This document shows positions 36,101 to 50,759 of a stretch of 64,000 nucleotides of DNA, piece by piece. A model generated the notes under the pieces. That model ran no database searches. It had not been told where the DNA came from and worked only from the letters and a program-made list of their open reading frames with translations. The stretch's first letter is position 1. Every line of letters starts with the position of its first letter. A program made the position numbers and the translations under genes. The stretch comes from Tubulanus polymorphus (lineage: Eukaryota > Animalia > Nemertea): contig NC_134036.1 of the NCBI RefSeq assembly GCF_964204645.1, positions 6,863,304 through 6,927,303 on the forward strand. The letters are read 5' to 3'.

Positions 36101-37770
36101 GGTCGTCCGTCCGTTCGTCAGTGTGCCGGCGGTGGTTGTTCGAAAAACGACTAAGTGCTGACCGGGCCTTAATCAGCGTTACGACCCGGCACCGGTCAGG
36201 GAGGGAGGGAGGGAGGCAGTAGGTCGGTCGTCCGTCCGTTCGTCAGTGTGCCGGCGGTGGTTGTTCGAAAAACGACTAAGTGCTGACCGGGCCTTGATCA
36301 GCGTTACGAACCGGAGCAGTGAGGGAGGGAGGGAGGGAGGCAGTAGGTCGGTCGTCCGTCCGTTTGCCAGTGTGCCGGCGGTGGTTGTTCGAAAAACGAC
36401 TAAGGGCTGACCGGGCCTTAATCAGCGTTACGACCCGGCGCTGGTCAGGGAGGGAGGGAGGGAGGCAGTAGGTCGGTCGTCCATCCGTTCGTCAGTGTGC
36501 CGGCGGTGGTAGTTCGAAAAACGACTAAGTGCTGACCGGGCCTTGATCAGCGTTACGACCCGGTGCAGTGAGGGAGGGAGGGAGGGCGGCAGTAGGTCCG
36601 TCGTCCGCCCGTTAGTCAGTGTGTCGGCGGTTGCTGTTCGAAAAACGACTAAGTGCTGACCGGGCAATGCACAGCGTTACGACCCGGCACCGGTCAGGAA
36701 GGGAGGGAGGGTGGCAGTAGGTCGGTCGTCCATCCGTTCGTCAGTGTGCCGGCGGTGGTTGTTCGAAAAACGACTAAGTGCTGACCGGGCCTTGATCAGC
36801 GTTACGACCCGGTGCAGTGAGGGAGGGAGGGAGGCACTAGGACAGTCGTCCGCCCGTTAGTCAGTGTGTCGGCGGTTGTTGTTCGAAAAACGACTAAGTG
36901 CTGACCGGGCCATGAACAGCGTTACGACCCGGCACCGGTCAGGAAGGGAGGGAGGGTGGCAGTAGGTCGGTCGTCCGTTCGTTCGTCAGTGTGCCGGCGG
37001 TGGTTGTTCGAAAAACGACTAAGTGCTGACCGGGCCTTGATCAGCGTTACGACCCGGTGCAGTGAGGGAGGGAGGGAGGCAGTAGGTCGGTCGTCCGTCC
37101 GTTCGTCAGTGTGCCGGCGGTGGTTGTTCGAAAAACGACTAAGTGTTGACCGGATCTTGATCAGCGTTACGACCCGGTGCAGTGAGGGAGGGAGGGAGGG
37201 AGGGAGGCAGTAGGTCGGTCGTCCATCCGTTCGTCAGTGTGCCGGCGGTGGTTGTTCGAAAAACGACTAAGTGCTGACCGGGCCTAGATCAGCGTTACGA
37301 CCCGGTGCAGTGAGGGAATGAGGGAGGGAGGCAGTAGGTCGGTCGTCCGTCCGTTCGTCAGTGTGCCGGCGGTGGTTGTTCGAAAAACGACTAAGTGCTG
37401 ACCGGGCCATGAACAGCGTTACGACCCGGCACCGGTCAGGGAGGGAGGGAGGCAGTAGGTCGGTCGTCCATCTGTTCGTCAGTGTGCCGGCGGTGGTTAT
37501 TCGAAAAACGACTAAGTGCTGACCGGGCCTTGATCAGCGTTACGACCCGGTGCTGTGAGGGAGGGAGGGAGGCAGTAGGTCGGTCGTCCATCCGTTCGTC
37601 AGTGTGTCGGCGGTTGCTGTTCGAAAAACGACTAAGTGCTGACCGGGCCATGAACAGCGTTACGACCCGGCACCGGTCAGGAAGGGAGGGAGGGTGGCAG
37701 TAGGTCGGTCGTCCGTCCGTTCGTCAGTGTGCCGGCGGTGGTTGTTCGAAAAACGACTAAGTGCTGACCG
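33190..37770 (+). repeat. Duplicated block with 2843-bp offset
   Basis: GGCAATGCACAGC at ~33820/36663; ORF pairs 33585/36428, 34113/36956, 34639/37482. Confidence 0.85.
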
Positions 37771-40700
37771 GGCCTTGATCAGCGTTACGACCCGGTGCAG
37801 TGAGGGAGGGAGGGAGGCAGTAGGTCGGTCGTCCGTCCGTTCGTCAGTGTGCCGGCGGTGGTTGTTCGAAAAACGACTAAGTGCTGACCGGATCTTGATC
37901 AGCGTTACGACCCGGTGCAGTGAGGGAGGGAGGGAGGGAGGCAGTAGGTCGGTCGTCCGTCCGTTCGTCAGTGTGCCGGCGGTGGTTGTTCGAAAAACGA
38001 CTAAGTGCTGACCGGGCCTTGATCAGCGTTACGACCCGGTGCAGTGAGGGAGGGAGGGAGGCAGTAGGTCGGTCGTCCGTCCGTTCGCCAGTGTGCCGCT
38101 GGTGGTTGTTCGAAAAACGACTAAGTGCTGACCGGGCCTTGATCAACGTTACGACCCGGAGCAGTGAGGGAGGGAGGGAGGCAGTAGGTCGGTCGTCCGT
38201 CCGTTCGCCAGTGTGCCGCTGGTGGTTGTTCGAAAAACGACTAAGTGCTGACCGGGCCTTGATCAGCGTTACGACCCGGTGCAGTGAGGGAGGGAGGGAG
38301 GGAGGGAGGCAGTAGGTCGGTCGTCCATCCGTTCGTCAGTGTGCCGGCGGTGGTTGTTCGAAAAACGACTAAGTGCTGAGCGGGCCTTGATCAGCGTTAC
38401 GGCCCGGTGCAGTGAGGGAGGGAGGGAGGGAGGCAGTAGGTCGGTCGTCCATCCGTTCGTCAGTGTGCCGGCGGTGGTTGTTCGAAAAACGACTAAGTGC
38501 TGACCGGGCCATGATCAGCGTTACGACCCGGTGCAGTGAGGGAGGGAGGGAGGCACTAGGACAGTCGTCCGCCCGTTAGTCAGTGTTTCGGCGGTTGTTG
38601 TTCGAAAAACGACTAAGTGCTGACCGGGCCATGAACAGCGTTACGACCCGGCACCGGTCAGGAAGGGAGGGAGGGAGGCAGTAGGTCGGTCGTCCATCCG
38701 TTCGTCAGTGTGCCGGCGGTGGTAGTTCGAAAAACGACTAAGTGCTGACCGGGCCTTGATCAGCGTTACGACCCGGTGCAGTGAGGGAGGGAGGGAGGCA
38801 GTAGGTCGGTCGTCCGTCCGTTCGTCAGTGTGCCGGCGGTGGTAGTTCGAAAAACGACTAAGTGCTGACCGGGCCTTGATCAGCGTTACGACCCGGTGCA
38901 GTGAGGGAGGGAGGGAGGCAGTAGGTCGGTCGTCCATCCGTTCGTCAGTGTGCCGGCGGTGGTAGTTCGAAAAACGACTAAGTGCTGACCGGGCCTTGAT
39001 CAGCGTTACGACCCGGTGCAGTGAGGGAGGGAGGGAGGCAGTAGGTCGGTCGTCCGTCCGTTCGTCAGTGTGCCGGCGGTGGTTGTTCGAAAAACGACTA
39101 AGTGCTGACCGGGCCTTAATCAGCGGTATGACCCGGCGCTGGTCAGGGAGGGAGGGAGGGAGGCAGTAGGTCGGTCGTCCATCCGTTCGTCAGTGTGCCG
39201 GCGGTGGTAGTTCGAAAAACGACTAAGTGCTGACCGGGCCTTGATCAGCGTTACGACCCGGCACCGGTCAGGAAGGGAGGGAGGGTGGCAGTAGGTCCGT
39301 CGTCCGCCCGTTAGTCAGTGTGTCGGCGGTTGCTGTTCGAAAAACGACTAAGTGCTGACCGGGCCATGAACAGCGTTACGACCCGGCACCGGTCAGGAAG
39401 GGAGGGAGGGTGGCAGTAGGTCGGTCGTCCGTTCGTTCGTCAGTGTGCCGGCGGTGGTAGTTCGAAAAACGACTAAGTGCTGACCGGGCCTTGATCAGCG
39501 TTACGACCCGGTGCAGTGAGGGAGGGAGGGAGGCACTAGGACAGTCGTCCGCCCGTTAGTCAGTGTGTCGGCGGTTGTTGTTCGAAAAACGACTAAGTGC
39601 TGACCGGGCCATGAACAGCGTTACGACCCGGCACCGGTCAAGAAGGGAGGGAGGGTGGCAGTAGGTCGGTCGTCCGTTCGTTCGTCAGTGTGCCGGCGGT
39701 GGTAGTTCGAAAAACGACTAAGTGCTGACCGGGCCTTGATCAGCGTTACGACCCAGTGCAGTGAGGGAGGGAGGGAGGCAGTAGGTCGGTCGTCCGTCCG
39801 TTCGTCAGTGTGCCGGCGGTGGTTGTTCGAAAAACGACTAAGTGCTGACCGGGTCTTGATCAGCGTTACGACCCGGTGCAGTGAGGGAGGGAGGGAGGGA
39901 GGGAGGCAGTAGGTCGGTCGTCCATCCGTTCGTCAGTGTGCCGGCGGTGGTTGTTCGAAAAACGACTAAGTGCTGAGCGGGCCTTGATCAGCGTTACGGC
40001 CCGGTGCAGTGAGGGAGGGAGGGAGGGAGGGAGGGAGGGAGGGAGGCAGTAGGTCGGTCGTCCATCCGTTCGTCAGTGTGCCGGCGGTGGTTGTTCGAAA
40101 AACGACTAAGTGCTAACCGGGCCATGATCAGCGTTACGACCCGGTGCAGTGAGGGAGGGAGGGAGGCACTAGGACAGTCGTCCGCCCGTTAGTCAGTGTG
40201 TCGGCGGTTGTTGTTCGAAAAACGACTAAGTGCTGACCGGGCAATGATCAGCGTTACGACCCGGTGCAGTGAGGGAGGGAGGGAGGCACTAGGACAGTCG
40301 TCCGCCCGTTAGTCAGTGTGTCGGCGGTTGTTGTTCGAAAAACGACTAAGTGCTGACCGGGCCATGAACAGCGTTACGACCCGGCACCGGTCAGGAAGGG
40401 AGGGAGGGAGGCAGTAGGTCGGTCGTCCATCCGTTCGTCAGTGTGCCGGCGGTGGTAGTTCGAAAAACGACTAAGTGCTGACCGGGCCTAGATCAGCGTT
40501 ACGACCCGGTGCAGTGAGGGAGGGAGAGAGGCAGTAGGTCGGTCGTCCGTCCGTTCGCCAGTGTGCCGCTGGTGGTTGTTCGAAAAACGACTAAGTGTTG
40601 ACCGGGCCTTGATCAGCGTTACGACCCGGAGCAGTGAGGGAGGGAGGGAGGCAGTAGGTCGGTCGTCCGTCCGTTCGCCAGTGTGCCGCTGGTGGTTGTT

Positions 40701-42519
40701 CGAAAAACGACTAAGTGCTGACCGGGCCTTGATCAGCGTTACGACCCGGTGCCGTGAGGGAGGGAGGGAGGCAGTAGGTCGGTCGTCCGTCCGTTCGTCA
40801 GTTTGCCGGCAGAGTTGGTTGTTCGAAAAACGACTAAGTGCTGACCGGGCCTTGATCAGCGTTACGACCCGGTGCAGTGAGGGAGGGAGGGAGGGAGGGA
40901 GGGAGGCAGTAGGTCGGTCGTCCGTCCGGTCGTCAGTGTGCCGGCGGTGGTTGTTCGAAAAACGACTAAGTGCTGACCGGGCCTTGATCAGCGTTACGAC
41001 CCGGTGCAGTGAGGGAGGGAGGGAGGCACTAGGACAGTCGTCCGCCCGTTAGTCAGTGTGTCGGCGGTTGTTGTTCGAAAAACGACTAAGTGCTGACCGG
41101 GCCATGAACAGCGTTACGACCCGGCACCGGTCAGGAAGGGAGGGAGGGTGGCAGTAGGTCGGTCGTCCGTTCGTTGGTCAGTGTGCCGGCGGTGGTAGTT
41201 CGAAAAACGACTAAGTGCTGACCGGGCCTTGATCAGCGTTACGACCCGGAGCGGTGTGGGAGGGAGGGGGACAGTAGGTCGGTCGTCCGTCCGTTCGTCA
41301 GTGTGCCGGCAGAGTTGGTTGTTTGAAAAACGACTAAGTGCTGACCGGGCCTTGATCAGCGTTACGACCCTGTGCTGTGAGGGAGGGAGGGAGGGAGGCA
41401 GTAGGTCGGTCGTCCATCCGTTCGTCAGTGTGCCGGCGGTGGTTGTTCGAAAAACGACTAAGTGCTGACCGGGCCTTGATCAGCGTTACGACCCGGTGCA
41501 GTGAGGGAGGGAGGGAGGCACTAGGACAGTCGTCCGCCCGTTAGTCAGTGTGTCGGCGGTTGTTGTTCGAAAAACGACTAAGTGCTGACCGGGCCATGAA
41601 CAGCGTTACGACCCGGCACCGGTCAGGAAGGGAGGGAGGGTGGCAGTAGGTCGGTCGTCCGTCCGTTCGTCAGTGTGCTGGCGGTGGTTTTTCGAAAAAC
41701 GACTAAGTACTGACCGGGCCTTAATCAGCGTTACGACCCGGCACCGGTCAAGGAGGGAGGGAGGAAGGCAGTAGGTCGGTCGTCCGTCCGTTCGTCAGTG
41801 TGCCGGCGGTGGTTGTTCGAAAAACGACTAAGTGCTGACCGGGCCTTGATCAGCGTTACGACCCGGAGCAGTGAGGGAGGGAGGGAGGCAGTAGGTCGGT
41901 CGTCCGTCCGTTCGCCAGTGTGCAGGCGGTGGTTGTTCGAAAAACGACTAAGTGCTGACCGGGCCTTGATCAGCGTTACGACCCGGAGCATTGAGGGAGG
42001 GAGGGAGGCAGTAGGTCGGTCGTCCGTCCATTTGTCAGTGTGCCGGCAGTGATGGTTGTTCGAAAAACGACTAAGGGCTGACCGGGCCTTAATCAGCGTT
42101 ACGACCCGGCGCTGGTCAAGGAGGGAGGGAGCGAGGGAGGCAGTAGGTCCGTCGTCCGCCCGTTAGTCAGTGTGTCGGCGGTTGTTGTTCGAAAAACGAC
42201 TAAGTGCTGACCGGGCCATGAACAGCGTTACGACCCGGCACCGGTCAGGAAGGGAGGGAGGGTGGCAGTAGGTCGGTCGTCCGTCCGTTCGTCAGTGTGC
42301 CGGCGGTGGTTGTTCGAAAAACGACTAAGTGCTGACCGGGCCTAGATCAGCGTTACGACCCGGTGCAGTGAGGGAGGGAGGGAGGCAGTAGGTCGGTCGT
42401 CCGTCCGGTCGTCAGTGTGCCGGCGGTGGTTGTTCGAAAAACGACTAAGTGCTGACCAGGCCATGATCAGCGTTACGACCCGGTGCAGTGAGGGAGGGAG
42501 GGAGGCACTAGGACAGTCG

Positions 42520-45500
42520 TCCGCCCGTTAGTCAGTGTGTCGGCGGTTGTTGTTCGAAAAACGACTAAGTGCTGACCGGGCCATGAACAGCGTTACGACC
42601 CGGCACCGGTCAGGAAGGGAGGGAGGGTGGCAGTAGGTCGGTCGTCCGTCCGTTCGTCAGTGTGCCGGCGGTGGTTGTTCGAAAAACGACTAAGTGCTGA
42701 CCGGGCCTTGATCAGCGTTACGACCCGGAGCAGTGAGGGAGGGAGGGTGGCAGTAGGTCGGTCGTCCGTTCGTTCGTCAGTGTGCCGGCGGTGGTAGTTC
42801 GAAAAACGACTAAGTGCTGACCGGGCCTTGATCAGCGTTACGACCCGGTGCAGTGAGGGAGGGAGGGAGGGAGGCAGTAGGTCGGTCGTCCATCCGTTCG
42901 TCAGTGTGCCGGCGGTGGTTGTTCGAAAAACGACTAAGTGCTGACCGGGCCATGATCAGCGTTACGACCCGGTGCAGTGAGGGAGGTAGGGAGGCACTAG
43001 GACAGTCGTCCGCCCGTTAGTCAGTGTGACTAAGTGCTGACCGGGCCTTGATCAGCGTTACGACCCGGTGCAGTGAGGGAGGGAGGGAGGCAGTTGGTCG
43101 GTCGTCCGTCCGTTCGTCAGTGTGCCGGCAGAGTTGGTTGTTCGAAAAACGACTAAGTGCTGACCGGGCCTTGATCAGCGTTACGACCCGGTGCAGTGAG
43201 GGAGGGAGGGAGGGAGGCAGTAGGTCGGTCGTCCATCCGTTCGTCAGTGTGCCGGCGGTGGTAGTTCGAAAAACGACTAAGTGCTGACCGGGCCTTGATC
43301 AGCGTTACGACCCGGTGCAGTGAGGGAGGGAGGGAGGGAGGCAGTAGGTCGGTCGTCCATCCGTTCGTCAGTGTGCCGGCGGTGGTAGTTCGAAAAACGA
43401 CTAAGTGCTGACCGGGCCTTGATCAGCGTTACGACCCGGTGCAGTGAGGGAGGGAGGGAGGGAGGGAGGCAGTAGGTCGGTCGTCCACCCGTTCGTCAGT
43501 GTGCCGGCGGTGGTAGTTCGAAAAACGACTAAGTGCTGACCGGGCCTAGATCAGCGTTACGACCCGGTGCAGTGAGGGAGGGAGGGAGGCAGTAGGTCGA
43601 TCGTCCGTCCGGTCGTCAGTGTGCCGGCGGTGGTTGTTCGAAAAACGACTAAGTGCTGACCGAGCCATGATCAGCGTTACGACCCGGTGCAGTGAGGGAG
43701 GGAGGGAGGGAGGCAGTAGGTCGGTCGTCCATCCGTTCGTCAGTGTGCCGGCGGTGGTAGTTCGAAAAACGACTAAGTGCTGACCGGGCCTTGATCAGCG
43801 TTACGACCCGGTGCAGTGAGGGAGGGAGGGAGGGAGGCAGTAGGTCGGTCGTCCATCCGTTCGTCAGTGTGCCGGCGGTGGTAGTTCGAAAAACGACTAA
43901 GTGCTGACCGGGCCTTGATCAGCGTTACGACCCGGTGCAGTGAGGGAGGGAGGGAGGGAGGCAGTAGGTCGGTCGTCCACCCGTTCGTCAGAGTGCCGGC
44001 GGTGGTAGTTCGAAAAACGACTAAGTGCTGACCGGGCCTAGATCAGCGTTACGACCCGGTGCAGTGAGGGAGGGAGGGAGGCAGTAGGTCGATCGTCCGT
44101 CCGGTCGTCAGTGTGCCGGCGGTGGTTGTTCGAAAAACGACTAAGTGCTGACCGAGCAATGATCAGCGTTACGACCCGGTGCAGTGAGGGAGGGAGGGAG
44201 GCACTAGGACAGTCGTCCGCCCGTTAGTCAGTGTGTCGGCGGTTGTTGTTCGAAAAACGACTAAGTGCTGACCGGGCCATGAACAGCGTTACGACCCGGC
44301 ACCGGTCAGGAAGGGAGGGAGGGTGGCAGTAGGTCGGTCGTCCGTTCGTTCGTCAGTGTGCCGGCGGTGGTTGTTCGAAAAACGACTAAGTGCTGACCGG
44401 GCCTTGATCAGCGTTACGACCCGGTGCTGTGAGGGAGGGAGGGAGGAAGGGAGGCAGTAGATCGGTCGTCCATCCGTTCGTCAGTGTGCCGGTGGTGGTT
44501 GTTCGAAAAACGACTAAGTGCTGACCGGGCCTTGATCAGCGTTACGACCCGGCGCAGTGAGGGAGGGAGGGAGGGAGGCAGTAGGTCGGTCGTCCATCCG
44601 TTCGTCAGTGTGTCGGCGGTGGTTGTTCGAAAAACGACTAAGTGCTGACCGGGCCTTGATCAGCGTTACGACCCGGAGCATTGAGGGAGGGAGGGAGGCA
44701 GTAGGTCGGTCGTCCGTCCGTTTGTCAGTGTGCCGGCAGTGATGGTTGTTCGAAAAACGACTAAGGGCTGACCGGGCCTTAATCAGCGTTACGACCCGGC
44801 GCTGGTCAAGGATGGAGGGAGGGAGGGAGGCAGTAGGTCCGTCGTCCGCCCGTTAGTCAGTGTGTCGGCGGTTGTTGTTCGAAAAACGACTAAGTGCTGA
44901 CCGGGCCATGAACAGCGTTACGACCCGGCACCGGTCAGGAAGGGAGGGAGGGTGGCAGTAGGTCGGTCGTCCGTCCGTTCGTCAGTGTGCCGGCGGTGGT
45001 TGTTCGAAAAACGACTAAGTGCTGACCGGGCCTTGATCAGCGTTACGACCCGGAGCAGTGAGGGAGGGAGGGTGGCAGTAGGTCGGTCGTCCGTTCGTTC
45101 GTCAGTGTGCCGGCGGTGGTAGTTCGAAAAACGACTAAGTGCTGACCGGGCCTTGATCAGCGTTACGACCCGGTGCAGTGAGGGAGGGAGGGAGGGAGGC
45201 AGTAGGTCGGTCGTCCATCCGTTCGTCAGTGTGCCGGCGGTGGTTGTTCGAAAAACGACTAAGTGCTGACCGGGCCATGATCAGCGTTACGACCCGGTGC
45301 AGTGAGGGAGGTAGGGAGGCACTAGGACAGTCGTCCGCCCGTTAGTCAGTGTGACTAAGTGCTGACCGGGCCTTGATCAGCGTTACGACCCGGTGCAGTG
45401 AGGGAGGGAGGGAGGCAGTTGGTCGGTCGTCCGTCCGTTCGTCAGTGTGCCGGCAGAGTTGGTTGTTCGAAAAACGACTAAGTGCTGACCGGGCCTTGAT

Positions 45501-47300
45501 CAGCGTTACGACCCGGTGCAGTGAGGGAGGGAGGGAGGGAGGCAGTAGGTCGGTCGTCCATCCGTTCGTCAGTGTGCCGGCGGTGGTAGTTCGAAAAACG
45601 ACTAAGTGCTGACCGGGCCTTGATCAGCGTTACGACCCGGTGCAGTGAGGGAGGGAGGGAGGGAGGCAGTAGGTCGGTCGTCCATCCGTTCGTCAGTGTG
45701 CCGGCGGTGGTAGTTCGAAAAACGACTAAGTGCTGACCGGGCCTTGATCAGCGTTACGACCCGGTGCAGTGAGGGAGGGAGGGAGGGAGGCAGTAGGTCG
45801 GTCGTCCACCCGTTCGTCAGTGTGCCGGCGGTGGTAGTTCGAAAAACGACTAAGTGCTGACCGGGCCTAGATCAGCGTTACGACCCGGTGCAGTGAGGGA
45901 GGGAGGGAGGCAGTAGGTCGATCGTCCGTCCGGTCGTCAGTGTGCCGGCGGTGGTTGTTCGAAAAACGACTAAGTGCTGACCGAGCCATGATCAGCGTTA
46001 CGACCCGGTGCAGTGAGGGAGGGAGGGAGGGAGGCAGTAGGTCGGTCGTCCATCCGTTCGTCAGTGTGCCGGCGGTGGTAGTTCGAAAAACGACTAAGTG
46101 CTGACCGGGCCTTGATCAGCGTTACGACCCGGTGCAGTGAGGGAGGGAGGGAGGGAGGCAGTAGGTCGGTCGTCCATCCGTTCGTCAGTGTGCCGGCGGT
46201 GGTAGTTCGAAAAACGACTAAGTGCTGACCGGGCCTTGATCAGCGTTACGACCCGGTGCAGTGAGGGAGGGAGGGAGGGAGGCAGTAGGTCGGTCGTCCA
46301 CCCGTTCGTCAGTGTGCCGGCGGTGGTAGTTCGAAAAACGACTAAGTGCTGACCGGGCCTAGATCAGCGTTACGACCCGGTGCAGTGAGGGAGGGAGGGA
46401 GGCAGTAGGTCGATCGTCCGTCCGGTCGTCAGTGTGCCGGCGGTGGTTGTTCGAAAAACGACTAAGTGCTGACCGAGCAATGATCAGCGTTACGACCCGG
46501 TGCAGTGAGGGAGGGAGGGAGGCACTAGGACAGTCGTCCGCCCGTTAGTCAGTGTGTCGGCGGTTGTTGTTCGAAAAACGACTAAGTGCTGACCGGGCCA
46601 TGAACAGCGTTACGACCCGGCACCGGTCAGGAAGGGAGGGAGGGTGGCAGTAGGTCGGTCGTCCGTTCGTTCGTCAGTGTGCCGGCGGTGGTTGTTCGAA
46701 AAACGACTAAGTGCTGACCGGGCCTTGATCAGCGTTACGACCCGGTGCTGTGAGGGAGGGAGGGAGGAAGGGAGGCAGTAGATCGGTCGTCCATCCGTTC
46801 GTCAGTGTGCCGGTGGTGGTTGTTCGAAAAACGACTAAGTGCTGACCGGGCCTTGATCAGCGTTACGACCCGGCGCAGTGAGGGAGGGAGGGAGGGAGGC
46901 AGTAGGTCGGTCGTCCATCCGTTCGTCAGTGTGTCGGCGGTGGTTGTTCGAAAAACGACTAAGTGCTGACCGGGCCTTGATCAGCGTTACGACCCGGAGC
47001 ATTGAGGGAGGGAGGGAGGCAGTAGGTCGGTCGTCCGTCCGTTTGTCAGTGTGCCGGCAGTGATGGTTGTTCGAAAAACGACTAAGGGCTGACCGGGCCT
47101 TAATCAGCGTTACGACCCGGCGCTGGTCAAGGATGGAGGGAGGGAGGGAGGCAGTAGGTCCGTCGTCCGCCCGTTAGTCAGTGTGTCGGCGGTTGTTGTT
47201 CGAAAAACGACTAAGTGCTGACCGGGCCATGAACAGCGTTACGACCCGGCACCGGTCAGGAAGGGAGGGAGGGTGGCAGTAGGTCGGTCGTCCGTTCGTT
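42520..47300 (+). repeat. ~2.32-kb tandem duplication containing an internal 492-bp (4-monomer) duplication
   Basis: 24-bp deletion monomer TCAGTGTGACTAAG at 43021/45346; ORF pair 44557/46878; CAGTAGGTCGATCG at 43590/44082 and again at ~45911/46403. Confidence 0.88.
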
Positions 47301-50300
47301 CGTCAGTGTGCCGGCGGTGGTAGTTCGAAAAACGACTAAGTGCTGACCGGGCCTTGATCAGCGTTACGACCCGGTGCAGTGAGGGAGGGAGGGAGGGAGG
47401 CAGTAGGTCGGTCGTCCATCCGTACGTCAGTGTGCCGGCGGTGGTAGTTCGAAAAACGACTAAGTGCTGACCGGGCCTTGATCAGCGTTACGACCCGGCA
47501 CCGGTCAGGGAGGGAGGGAGGGAGGCAGTAGGTCGGTCGTCCGTCCGTTCGTCATTGTGCCGGCGGTATTAGTTCGAAAAATGACTAAGTGCTGACCGGG
47601 CCTTGATCAGCGTTACGACCCGGAGCATTGAGGGAGGGAGGGAGGCAGTAGGTCGGTCGTCCGTCCATTTGTCAGTGTGCCGGCAGTGATGGTTGTTCGA
47701 AAAATGACTAAGGGCTGACCGGGCCTTGATCAGCGTTGCGACCCGGCGCTGGTCAGGGCGGGAGGGAGGGAGGCAGTAGGTCGGTCGTCCATCCGTTCGT
47801 CAGTGTGCCGGCGGTGGTAGTTCGAAAAACGACTAAGTGCTGACCGGGCCTAGGTCAGCGTTACGACCCGGTGCAGTGAGGGAGGGAGGGAGGCAGTAGG
47901 TCGGTCGTCCGTCCGGTCGTCAGTGTGCCGGCGGTGGTTGTTCGAAAAACGACTAAGTGCTGACCGGGCCATGATCAGCGTTACGACCCGGTGCAGTGAG
48001 GGAGGGAGGGAGGCACTAGGACAGTCGTCCACCCGTTAGTCAGTGTGTCGGCGGTTGTTGTTCGAAAAACGACTAAGTGCTGACCGGGCCTTAATCAGCG
48101 TTACGACCCGGCACCGGTCAGGGAGGGAGGGAGGGAGGCAGTAGGTCGGTCGTCCGTCCGTTCGTCAGTGTGCCGGCGGTGGTTGTTCGAAAAACGACTA
48201 AGTGCTGACCGGGCCTTGATCAGCGTTACGAACCGGAGCAGTGAGGGAGGGAGGGAGGCAGTAGGTCGGTCGTCCGTCCGTTCGCCAGTGTGCCGGCGGT
48301 GGTTGTTCGAAAAACGACTAAGTGCTGACCGGGCCTTGATCAGCGTTACGACCCGGCGCAGTGAGGGAGGGAGGGAGGGAGGCAGTAGGTCGGTCGTCCA
48401 TCCGTTCGTCAGTGTGTCGGCGGTGGTTGTTCGAAAAACGACTAAGTGCTGACCGGGCCATGATCAGCGTTACGACCCGGAGCATTGAGGGAGGGAGGGA
48501 GGCAGTAGGTCGGTCGTCCGTCCGTTTGTCAGTGTGCCGGCAGTGATGGTTGTTCGAAAAACGACTAAGGGCTGACCGGGCCTTAATCAGCGTTACGACC
48601 CGGCGCTGGTCAAGAAGGGAGGGAGGGAGGGAGGCAGTAGGTCCGTCGTCCGCCCGTTAGTCAGTGTGTCGGCGGTTGTTGTTCGAAAAACGACTAAGTG
48701 CTGACCGGGCCATGAACAGCGTTACGAACCGGCACCGGTCAGGAAGGGAGGGAGGGTGGCAGTAGGTCGGTCGTCCGTTCGTTCGTCAGTGTGCCGGCGG
48801 TGGTAGTTCGAAAAACGACTTAGTGCTGACCGGGCCTTGATCAGCGTTACGACCCGGTGCAGTGAGGGAGGGAGGGAGGGAGGCAGTAGGTCGGTCGTCC
48901 ATCCGTTCGTCAGTGTGCCGGCGGTGGTAGTTCGAAAAACGACTAAGTGCTGACCGGGCCTTGATCAGCGTTACGACCCGGCACCGGTCAGGGAGGGAGG
49001 GAGGGAGGCAGTAGGTCGGTCGTCCGTCCGTTCGTCATTGTGCCGGCGGTGGTAGTTCGAAAAATGACTAAGTGCTGACCGGGCCTTGATCAGCGTTACG
49101 ACCCGGAGCATTGAGGGAGGGAGGGAGGCAGTAGGTCGGTCGTCCGTCCGTTTGTCAGTGTGCCGGCGGTGGTTGTTCGAAAAACGACTAAGTGCTGACC
49201 GGGCCATGATCAGCGTTACGACCCGGTGCAGTGAGGGAGGGAGGGAGGCACTAGGACAGTCGTCCGCCCGTTAGTCAGTGTGTCGGCGGTTGTTGTTCGA
49301 AAAACGACTAAGTGCTGACCGGGCCATGAACAGCGTTACGACCCGGCACCGGTCAGGAAGGGAGGGAGGGTGGCAGTAGGTCGGTCGTCCGTCCGTTCGT
49401 CAGTGTGCCGGCGGTGGTAGTTCGAAAAACGACTAAGTGCTGACCGGGCCTTAATCAGCGTTACGACCCGGCACCGGTCAGGGAGGGAGGGAGGGAGGCA
49501 GTAGGTCGGTCGTCCGTCCGTTCGTCAGTGTGCCGGCGGTGGTTGTTCGAAAAACGACTAAGTGCTGACCGGGCCTTGATCAGCGTTACGACCCGGAGCA
49601 GTGAGGGAGGGAGGGAGGCAGAAGGTCGGTCGTCCGTCCGTTCACCAGTGTGCCGGCGGTGGTTGTTCGAAAAACGACTAAGTGCTGACCGGGCCTTGAT
49701 CAGCGTTACGACCCGGAGCATTGAGGGAGGGAGGGAGGCAGTAGGTCGGTCGTCCGTCCGTTTGTCAGTGTGCCGGCAGTGATGGTTGTTCGAAAAACGA
49801 CTAAGGGCTGACCGGGCCTTAATCAGCGTTACGACCCGGCGCTGGTCAGGGAGGGAGGGAGGGAGGCAGTAGGTCGGTCGTCCATCCGTTCGTTAGTGTG
49901 CCGGCGGTGGTAGTTCGAAAAACGACTAAGTGCTGACCGGGCCTTGATCAGCGTTACGACCCGGTGCAGTGAGGGAGGGAGGGAGGCAGTAGGTCGGTCG
50001 TCCGTCCGTTCGTCAGTGTGCCGGCGGTGGTTGTTCGAAAAACGACTAAGTGCTGACCGGGCCTTGATCAGCGTTACGACCCGGTGCAGTGAGGGAGGGA
50101 GGGAGGCAGTAGGTCGGTCGTCCGTCCGGTCGTCAGTGTGCCGGCGGTGGTTGTTCGAAAAACGACTAAGTGCTGACCAGGCCATGATCAGCGTTACGAC
50201 CCGGTGCAGTGAGGGAGGGAGGGAGGCACTAGGACAGTCGTCCGCCCGTTAGTCAGTGTGTCGGCGGTTGTTGTTCGAAAAACGACTAAGTGCTGACCGG

Positions 50301-50759
50301 GCCATGAACAGCGTTACGACCCGGCACCGGTCAGGAAGGGAGGGAGGGAGGCAGTAGGTCGGTCGTCCATCCGTTCGTCAGTGTGCCGGCGGTGGTAGTT
50401 CGAAAAACGACTAAGTGCTGACCGGGCCTAGATCAGCGTTACGACCCGGTGCAGTGAGGGAGGGAGAGAGGCAGTAGGTCGGTCGTCCGTCCGGTCGTCA
50501 GTGTGCCGGCGGTGGTTGTTCGAAAAACGACTAAGTGCTGACCGGGCCTTGATCAGCGTTACGACCCGGAGCAGTGAGGGAGGGAGGGAGGCAGTAGGTC
50601 GGTCGTCCGTCTGTTCGCCAGTGTGCCGCTGGTGGTTGTTCGAAAAACGACTAAGTGCTGACCGGGCCTTGATCAGCGTTACGACCCGGTGCAGTGAGGG
50701 AGGGAGGGAGGCAGTAGGTCGGTCGTCCGTCCGTTCGTCAGTTTGCCGGCAGAGTTGGT